This document shows, one piece after another, positions 58,059-64,000 of a stretch of 64,000 nucleotides of DNA. The stretch is from the NCBI GenBank assembly GCA_002702875.1, contig PACV01000007.1, forward strand, positions 12,313 through 76,312, written 5' to 3'. Source of the stretch: Flavobacteriaceae bacterium (lineage in GTDB: Bacteria > Bacteroidota > Bacteroidia > Flavobacteriales > Flavobacteriaceae). The notes under the pieces are model-generated. The model searched no databases and was not told the origin of the DNA. It saw only the letters and a list, made by a program, of their open reading frames with translations. The translations under genes were made by a program, and so were the position numbers. Every line of letters begins with the position of its first letter. Position 1 is the stretch's first letter.

Positions 58059-58126
58059 TAGCTATATTAACTCTTTTTATCATTATTGGTTTAGGTTTGA
58101 TTTATTATTTAGTCTTAAAAAAATAA
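58055..58126 (+). CDS. possible 23-aa single-TM micro-protein overlapping the DUF2256 stop (ATGA)
   Basis: [23 protein letters not shown] is one hydrophobic helix with a KK anchor. Its ATG shares the ATGA tetranucleotide with the upstream TGA stop. There is no homology evidence. Confidence 0.3.
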   Translation: MIAILTLFIIIGLGLIYYLVLKK

Positions 58127-58147
58127 ATAATTAATTTAATAATTATT

Positions 58148-58561
58148 ATGATTGATGAAGATATAATTTTAAACATTTGTTTAATAACAAATTTATTAAT
58201 GATTGGAATTTCGTTAATAATACAATTTATTGTTTATCCATCATTTAAAATTTTTGATAAGGCTTTTTTTCTCAAATATCATAGAAATTATATGAAAAAA
58301 ATGTTTATAATAGTAAGTCCAATTATGATATTGGAAGTAGTTTCATCAGCAATTTTATTCATTTTAAGTCAAACAAAAATTGAAGCCTTAATATTGTTTA
58401 TTAATATTCTAATATGGTTAGTAACATTTATATTTATAGTTCCAATACATAATTCTTTTTCAAAAAATAATAATTTAAAAAAAGTAAAAAAGTTGCTTAA
58501 TTATAATTTTACTAGAACATTTTTATGGATATTTAAAGCATTAATTTTTATATACGTTTAG
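58148..58561 (+). CDS. small 4-TM membrane protein (DUF1772-like)
   Basis: 137 aa with four hydrophobic segments. VYPSF...YHRNY...IVPIHN resembles DUF1772, which is a weak call. Its stop lies 2 nt before the next gene. Confidence 0.5.
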   Translation: MIDEDIILNICLITNLLMIGISLIIQFIVYPSFKIFDKAFFLKYHRNYMKKMFIIVSPIMILEVVSSAILFILSQTKIEALILFINILIWLVTFIFIVPIHNSFSKNNNLKKVKKLLNYNFTRTFLWIFKALIFIYV

Positions 58562-58563
58562 AT

Positions 58564-59097
58564 ATGAGAAAAATCATTCTATTAATCTTTGTTACGGTTA
58601 ACTTATACTCTCAAGAATTAATTATTGGTGAAGAAAGAGTTGAGCCAGGAATAGTTTTTATTTTTGAAGGTGCTGTTAAAGATGAAGTCTATCCAATGTC
58701 AGTTAATTTATTAGAAAATCAAACAAGTGTTCATATTGAAGCTAGAGTTAATTGGGATACTAATAAAATTCCTGAAGGCACACCTGGTGGTGGTTTCATT
58801 CCTTATCTTAAAATAAGTTCAATAGTTACAAATCAGTCGACAGGATTAAAAACATTTGTAGACTTACTTCCTCATATTAATTTAATTGATAATTTTCATT
58901 ATGCGAGAAATATATCATTGCCAGGAAAAAAAAATGATATGTACTCAGTTGAATTTTTTGTTAACGCACCTTCTAAATATGATTTATTTTTTCATAGAGA
59001 TTGGAAGCAAATGTTTGGTAATTCATTAATTGAGGATATCAAATTTAAGTATAATGATATAAATTTTCTTGAAATTGCTAATGCCAGCAGAAATTAA
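58564..59097 (+). CDS. P19/FetP/FtrA-family periplasmic metal (Fe/Cu)-binding protein
   Basis: Signal peptide. Collinear with Campylobacter P19 as I recall it (IGEE.VEPG..., VHIEARVNW vs HLEADIHA, GGFIPYLKIS vs GEWIPYLTIS, FHYARNI vs PHYGANI, YSVEFFVNAPSK vs YKVTYHIEPPSK). Confidence 0.7.
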   Translation: MRKIILLIFVTVNLYSQELIIGEERVEPGIVFIFEGAVKDEVYPMSVNLLENQTSVHIEARVNWDTNKIPEGTPGGGFIPYLKISSIVTNQSTGLKTFVDLLPHINLIDNFHYARNISLPGKKNDMYSVEFFVNAPSKYDLFFHRDWKQMFGNSLIEDIKFKYNDINFLEIANASRN

Positions 59098-59133
59098 TTC
59101 ATTAGGCATTTTGAAAATTAATTATCAAGTGAA

Positions 59134-60786
59134 ATGAAATGGTGGAAAGAAGGAATTATTTATCAAATATACCCAAGATCATTCTTTGATTCGAGTGGAA
59201 ACGGAATAGGGGACCTAAATGGCATTTCTAAAAAACTTCATTATATAAAATCATTAGGTGTTGATATGGTTTGGATTTGTCCTTTTTATAAATCACCAAA
59301 TAAAGATAATGGATATGATATTTCTGACTATAAAGATATTTCCAAAATTTTTGGAGATTTAAATACTTTTGACACTTTATTAAAAAAAATGCATTCATTG
59401 GGTTTAAAATTAATAATGGATCTTGTTGTTAACCATACATCAGATAAACATCCATGGTTTAAAAAAGCAAGAAAGAGTAGGAAAAGTAAATTTCATGATT
59501 ACTATATATGGAAGGACGGAGAAAAAGATAAAAAACCTAATAATTGGAAATCTGTTTTTAGTGGTAGCGCATGGAAGTGGAATGAGCAAACTAAAGAATA
59601 CTTTCTTCATCTTTACACAAAGAATCAACCAGACCTTAATTGGGAAAATCCTACTGTACGTAAAGAGGTATACTCAATAATTGATTTTTGGTTATCAAAG
59701 GGTGTTGACGGAATTAGAATGGATGTAATTTCTTTAATTTCTAAAAGACTTGATTTTAAAAATATACCCAATAATATGATTTTTATTGATGTAATGGAAA
59801 AATATTACGCAAATGGGCCAAGAGTACATGAATACATAAAAGAGATGAACAAAAAGGTTTTGTCAAAATATGATATTGTAACTATTGGTGAGGGACCAGG
59901 AATAAATTTGAATAACGGATTAGATTATGTTAATGAGGATGAGAACGAACTGAATATGATTTTTCATTTTGATCATTTAACTATGGATTTTGGTAAAGAG
60001 GGAAAATATGATCCAATCCCATTTGATTTTATCAAATTCAAGAAAATTTTTTCAAATTGGGATAAATTATTTTCAAAGAGGGGGTGGAACAGTATATTTT
60101 TAGGTAATCATGATTTTTCTCGAATCGTTTCTAGATTTGGAAATGATAATGAATTTCATGAGGAATCATCCAAATTATTAGCAACTTTATTGATGACATT
60201 AAGGGGGACTCCATCATTATATCAAGGAGATGAAATTGGCATGACAAATGTTGATTATAGTAATATCAGTTTTTATGATGATGTAGAGACAATAAATGCT
60301 TGGAAAGAAGCGATTGATAACAAAAAGAACATGAAAAAATTTTTTGAGGCAATTCAAAAACAAAGTAGAGATAATGCCAGGACTCCAATGCAATGGGATA
60401 ATAAAAAAAATGCTGGTTTTTCAAAAGTAAAGCCATGGATAAAAGTTAATGACAACTACAAGAAAATCAATGTTAAAAATCAAGAAAAAGATTTGGACTC
60501 AATTCTAAATTATTACAAATTATTAATAAAATTAAGAAAAGAAAATTCAACTCTTGTATATGGAAAATATGAAGATCTGGGCCCTATGCATACCAAAATT
60601 TTTTCTTATAAGAGATGGGATGAAAATGATGTATTTATCATTCATTTAAATTTCAGTAATTGTTCAGTAAAGATTAATAGTAATGAAATTAAAGATTATA
60701 AATTGGTAATATCAAATTATACTTTTGCAAAAAAGAGTTATAATTTAAACCCATGGGAAGCTAGAATTTATAAATTAATTAAATAA
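59134..60786 (+). CDS. GH13 alpha-glucosidase (oligo-1,6-glucosidase / TreC / sucrose-isomerase-like subfamily), cytoplasmic
   Basis: WWKEGIIYQIYPRSF, DLVVNHTSD, QPDLNWENP, the nucleophile region GVDGIRMDVI, GEG, FLGNHDFSR. No signal peptide. Confidence 0.9.
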   Translation: MKWWKEGIIYQIYPRSFFDSSGNGIGDLNGISKKLHYIKSLGVDMVWICPFYKSPNKDNGYDISDYKDISKIFGDLNTFDTLLKKMHSLGLKLIMDLVVNHTSDKHPWFKKARKSRKSKFHDYYIWKDGEKDKKPNNWKSVFSGSAWKWNEQTKEYFLHLYTKNQPDLNWENPTVRKEVYSIIDFWLSKGVDGIRMDVISLISKRLDFKNIPNNMIFIDVMEKYYANGPRVHEYIKEMNKKVLSKYDIVTIGEGPGINLNNGLDYVNEDENELNMIFHFDHLTMDFGKEGKYDPIPFDFIKFKKIFSNWDKLFSKRGWNSIFLGNHDFSRIVSRFGNDNEFHEESSKLLATLLMTLRGTPSLYQGDEIGMTNVDYSNISFYDDVETINAWKEAIDNKKNMKKFFEAIQKQSRDNARTPMQWDNKKNAGFSKVKPWIKVNDNYKKINVKNQEKDLDSILNYYKLLIKLRKENSTLVYGKYEDLGPMHTKIFSYKRWDENDVFIIHLNFSNCSVKINSNEIKDYKLVISNYTFAKKSYNLNPWEARIYKLIK

Positions 60787-62379
60787 AGATGGAAGAAAAA
60801 TGCTAATGAGAACAATAAAAATAAAATAAAAGACTAAAGTCAATATTTCTTTTCTACCTGCAAAGTAAGTAACGTCTTTAGCTTCATTTATTTTTCTAGT
60901 GACAATTTTGCTAATAATTATTCCAAAAAATAGAGTAATAAAGCATCCAATTGCATTCCACCAAAACCAAAAAATTGAAGGTACAAAGAGCCATAGATAT
61001 ATATTAAATGTTACACCAAGAAGTATCCCAATATTTGCACCAAGAGCGTGAGTATTTTTTGTCATAATTGCCAAAATAAAAGCACCTAATATTGGACCGT
61101 AAAAAACAGAACCAATTTTGTTAATCACCTCAATAATTGTTCCTTCAATATTTCCTGTTAAAAGAGCAAAAAATAAACATGCCAAACCCCAAATTATAGA
61201 AAAAATTCTTGATTTTTTTATATAATTTTCATTTGTGATTTTAGGATTAAATCTTTTAACAAAGTCTTCCATAGTTACAGCTGATAACGAATTGATTGCA
61301 GAACTTAAAGATGACATGGCAGCAGACATAATTGCAACAATTAATATTCCAATTACACCATTTGGTAAATAATTTACAATAAAAACAGGAACCATTAAAT
61401 CAGCTTTTTTTCCTTCAATTGATGATATGTTTGATTGGTAAACAGTATTAATTGTTTCTTGAAAAATAACATCTTGATAAAATAATGTACCTAGTACAAG
61501 ACCCATAATGCAATATATAAGAGTTATGGGAAATCTAAATAATGCATTTGCAAATAAGAGTTTTTTTATTGTCCCCATGTCCTTTGCTGACAGTAATCTT
61601 TGGGACTGAGTCTGGTCAGTTCCATAATATGAGGCGTAAAGAAAGAATCCACCAATAACCATTGGCCAAAATCCAAATTCATCATTTTTATCTGAATTAT
61701 TAAACCCAAATTTTTGAAAGTCAACTGCATTAATTCTATTTACGTCAATATTTTTTATAAAATTATCTATTCCGCCTAATTCATTTAATCCATAAATTAA
61801 ACATATAATAATTCCAATAAATAAGATAATCATCTGTATTACGTCTCCCCATATGACAGCTTTCATTCCTCCTTGAAATGAGTATATCATTGTAATAAGA
61901 CCTATTATAATAATAGAAATCCAAAAATCAATATTAAATGCTGATTGGAGTATCAATGCCATAGTGTATATCATCACACCTGCTGCAACTGAACGGCTAA
62001 TTTGAAATACAATACTAATTAAGAGCCTGGATGAAGCATCAAATCTGTTTTCTAAATATTCATAAACACTTACTACTCCAGATTTGTAAAGAGTAGGAAC
62101 TATTGCTATCATAAGAAAAGCCATAGCAAGTGGAACACCAAACTCAAAAGTTAGCCATTGTAATCCCCCACCTTCTTTTAATCCAACAAATGCAGGAGCA
62201 GATATAAAGCTTATTGCAGAAAGTTGTGTTGCCATGGTAGAAAGAGATAATGGACCCCACCCGATAGCCCTTCCACCTAAAAAAAAATCGTTTGAACTTT
62301 TATTTTTTTTGAAAATATATCCTATGATCAAAAAGCCTACTAAGTAAAAGAATATAATAAAATAGTCAAGATAATTCAT
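60775..62379 (-). CDS. sodium:solute symporter family (SSF) transporter
   Basis: About 13-14 TM segments, with SSF-type N-terminus (FLGGRAIGWGPLSLSTMATQLSAISFISAPAFV). Its start overlaps the GH63-like stop (ATGA). Its 3' end overlaps the convergent GH13 gene by 12 nt. Confidence 0.88.
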   Translation of the reverse strand: MNYLDYFIIFFYLVGFLIIGYIFKKNKSSNDFFLGGRAIGWGPLSLSTMATQLSAISFISAPAFVGLKEGGGLQWLTFEFGVPLAMAFLMIAIVPTLYKSGVVSVYEYLENRFDASSRLLISIVFQISRSVAAGVMIYTMALILQSAFNIDFWISIIIIGLITMIYSFQGGMKAVIWGDVIQMIILFIGIIICLIYGLNELGGIDNFIKNIDVNRINAVDFQKFGFNNSDKNDEFGFWPMVIGGFFLYASYYGTDQTQSQRLLSAKDMGTIKKLLFANALFRFPITLIYCIMGLVLGTLFYQDVIFQETINTVYQSNISSIEGKKADLMVPVFIVNYLPNGVIGILIVAIMSAAMSSLSSAINSLSAVTMEDFVKRFNPKITNENYIKKSRIFSIIWGLACLFFALLTGNIEGTIIEVINKIGSVFYGPILGAFILAIMTKNTHALGANIGILLGVTFNIYLWLFVPSIFWFWWNAIGCFITLFFGIIISKIVTRKINEAKDVTYFAGRKEILTLVFYFIFIVLISIFLPSLFN

Positions 62380-63683
62380 TGTTTTTCATTAATTAAATCT
62401 ATACATAATGCAGCTGTCCATGAAAAGTTATTTCCTCCATAACCTTTCATTTTTTTATTTTTAAAAGGTTCAAAATACTCATAAAAACCTAAATTAGAAA
62501 CTAAATCAATAGTATCTTTTTTTATTCTTTCAGCTAGTTTGGTTTCATTATATCTTTTAAGTCCTAAATATATTATCCAGTTAAGATTAACCCAAATAGG
62601 ACCTCTCCAATATTTTTTTGGATTGAATTTATCACTTGTTGTGTCAAATGAAGCACACAGGTATTTGTTTTCATCCCCAAACTTTTCAACTAGGGTTTCA
62701 ATTAATTTTTTTGATAAAGACTTGTCAGGAGCTCCGCAAAAAAGAGGAGAAAATGATGAAGATGATATTAACGAAATTTTCTCTTTATTCCTAAGATCAT
62801 AGTAAACATATGAACCTAGTTTATTATCAAAAAGTTTATTGTTAATTCCCTCAATACTTTTTCTTTGAAATTGAGTTAGTATCTCAATTTTTTTTTCTTC
62901 ATTTCCAATTATTTTGTAGAGATTTATTAGAGACTCATTTGATTTAATTAAAATACTATTAAAGAGGGGGTCTTGAACTAAAAAAGGAGAATTTTCAGCA
63001 ATAGCTTTATCATCGTAATTAAACTTTTTTGCAATTTCGATTAAATTTATATAATGATCATATTCCCTTTTTGATGGTCTTTGCGATGGATCTACATGAG
63101 TAGTATCTTTCCTTTCAAATTGATATTCCGGACAATCTATTTTTTCCCAAATTCCATCCCATATAGGAGAATTATCAGTTCCAGACTCCCAATTATGATA
63201 TATATAAACAAGACCCTCGTTATATATATCTCTGTTTTTATAAAAGTACAAGTGATTTTTATAAACTTTGTCAATTACCTCTTTTATGAAATTAAGGAAA
63301 TTGTCTTTATCATCAACTATTTCATATATTTTTTCTAAAACAAAACCAAATACTGGAGGTTGGGTTATACCAGAAGATTTTATTTCTTTTGGACAATTAG
63401 GGCTAAGGTGTGACATATGTACTTCAGGACCCGGAAAATATGTATCACTTTCGTTATGAAAAACAATATGAGGGATAAAACCGTTTTTCCATTGAGCACT
63501 TAAAATCGAAGTAATTTCTTTTTTTGCTTTATCTATATCATAATGAGCATATCCAATTGATATAAAACCTGAATCCCATTTCCATTGAAAAGGATATAGA
63601 CCTTTACTTGGAATTGTAAAACCTCCTAGTTGAAAATTATTATCAAGAACATTCTTTGCTTGTTCCAAAAGTGATTTTTTCAT
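62376..63683 (-). CDS. GH63-like (alpha/alpha)6 glycoside hydrolase, mannosylglycerate/glucosylglycerate-hydrolase-like
   Basis: YPFQWKWDSGFISIG, WESGTDNSPIWD (GH63 catalytic-region motif), RGPIWVNLNWIIYLGL, NFSWTAAL. 435 aa, no signal peptide. Confidence 0.75.
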   Translation of the reverse strand: MKKSLLEQAKNVLDNNFQLGGFTIPSKGLYPFQWKWDSGFISIGYAHYDIDKAKKEITSILSAQWKNGFIPHIVFHNESDTYFPGPEVHMSHLSPNCPKEIKSSGITQPPVFGFVLEKIYEIVDDKDNFLNFIKEVIDKVYKNHLYFYKNRDIYNEGLVYIYHNWESGTDNSPIWDGIWEKIDCPEYQFERKDTTHVDPSQRPSKREYDHYINLIEIAKKFNYDDKAIAENSPFLVQDPLFNSILIKSNESLINLYKIIGNEEKKIEILTQFQRKSIEGINNKLFDNKLGSYVYYDLRNKEKISLISSSSFSPLFCGAPDKSLSKKLIETLVEKFGDENKYLCASFDTTSDKFNPKKYWRGPIWVNLNWIIYLGLKRYNETKLAERIKKDTIDLVSNLGFYEYFEPFKNKKMKGYGGNNFSWTAALCIDLINEKQ

Positions 63684-63743
63684 ACATAATATTAATCAAT
63701 TTTTTTGATTAACAATTAATGAGAGCAAAACAAAAATTCAGTA

Positions 63744-64000
63744 CTAAGGTATCACAACACCAGTTGCTTCAAAACTATATATTCTTTTTTTCTCTTTAAT
63801 TTTGTCTATTTCCTCTTTTGACTTTCCAGCATCAAAAGCATAATGTTTCAATTCATCTACAGTTAAAATATCAATAAATGCTTTACCTTCAACAATTACC
63901 TCTTTACCTTCTATATCTTTTGGAACAAAAAAACTATAGTTTTTAAACCTGACCATTACTTGTTTGTTATTGTTTAAATCAAGATTCATCCAACACCCTT
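63744..64000 (-). CDS. DUF4920 domain protein, 5'-truncated by the window edge
   Basis: The frame stays open to nt 64000 (...GCWMNLD...). VRFKNYSFFVPKDIEGKEV, ELKHYAFDAGKSKEEI and ATGVVI match the DUF4920 pattern as I recall it. Confidence 0.7.
   Translation of the reverse strand, partial: GCWMNLDLNNNKQVMVRFKNYSFFVPKDIEGKEVIVEGKAFIDILTVDELKHYAFDAGKSKEEIDKIKEKKRIYSFEATGVVIP

Overview
This is a very AT-rich, densely coding chromosomal segment with about 60 CDS, one tRNA and no non-coding stretch longer than about 290 nt. It looks like a genome-streamlined marine Flavobacteriia (Bacteroidota) genome. That call rests on the protein families, the K/N/I-rich proteome and recurrent TAnnTTTG -7 promoter boxes; it is an inference and no database was searched.

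The left part (1-37.6 kb) is housekeeping:
- glyQS, xth and an almost complete aerobic heme pathway. hemA-C-D-E-F-B plus a twin-NBD ABC ATPase lie on the minus strand. A divergent AraC regulator, hemH, hemJ and a sensor kinase lie on the plus strand.
- plsC, a bacilliredoxin, dCMP deaminase, an S41 protease, nrdBA and a PiT phosphate transporter.
- A TonB-dependent receptor with an unusual lipoprotein partner.
- dgt, a cysteine-free thioredoxin-fold protein, a giant DUF2723 membrane protein and tRNA-Gln(UUG).

The right part (37.6-64 kb) is more accessory-like:
- SOUL plus katG.
- A block of exported, Planctomycete-type proteins: an FGE-like protein without catalytic cysteines, a Tat-exported Gfo/Idh/MocA oxidoreductase, a Tat-exported Hyi-like TIM barrel, and a tightly coupled 4-gene operon. 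The operon encodes a heme-c/DUF1549/LamG/DUF1553 protein, DUF1501, a Tat beta-propeller and a membrane DUF2231-cytochrome c-LRR protein.
- S1/P1 nuclease, pirin, an aldo/keto reductase, GH29 fucosidase, two NTF2-like exported proteins and a secreted ChbG-like deacetylase.
- An unannotated DUF2256 mini-protein, and a P19/FetP-like metal-binding protein without an FTR1 permease.
- A GH13 / Na-solute symporter / GH63 locus.

I found no transposase, integrase, phage gene, CRISPR array, restriction-modification system or recognisable defence system.

The best candidates for an undescribed system, in order:
1. The 4-gene heme-c/DUF1501/propeller/LRR operon at 43.8-51.0 kb and the exported block around it.
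2. The TonB receptor plus the compositionally anomalous beta-helix-like lipoprotein at 26.5-30.8 kb.
3. The GH63-symporter-GH13 locus at 59.1-63.7 kb.

All family assignments come from reading motifs by eye, not from searches.
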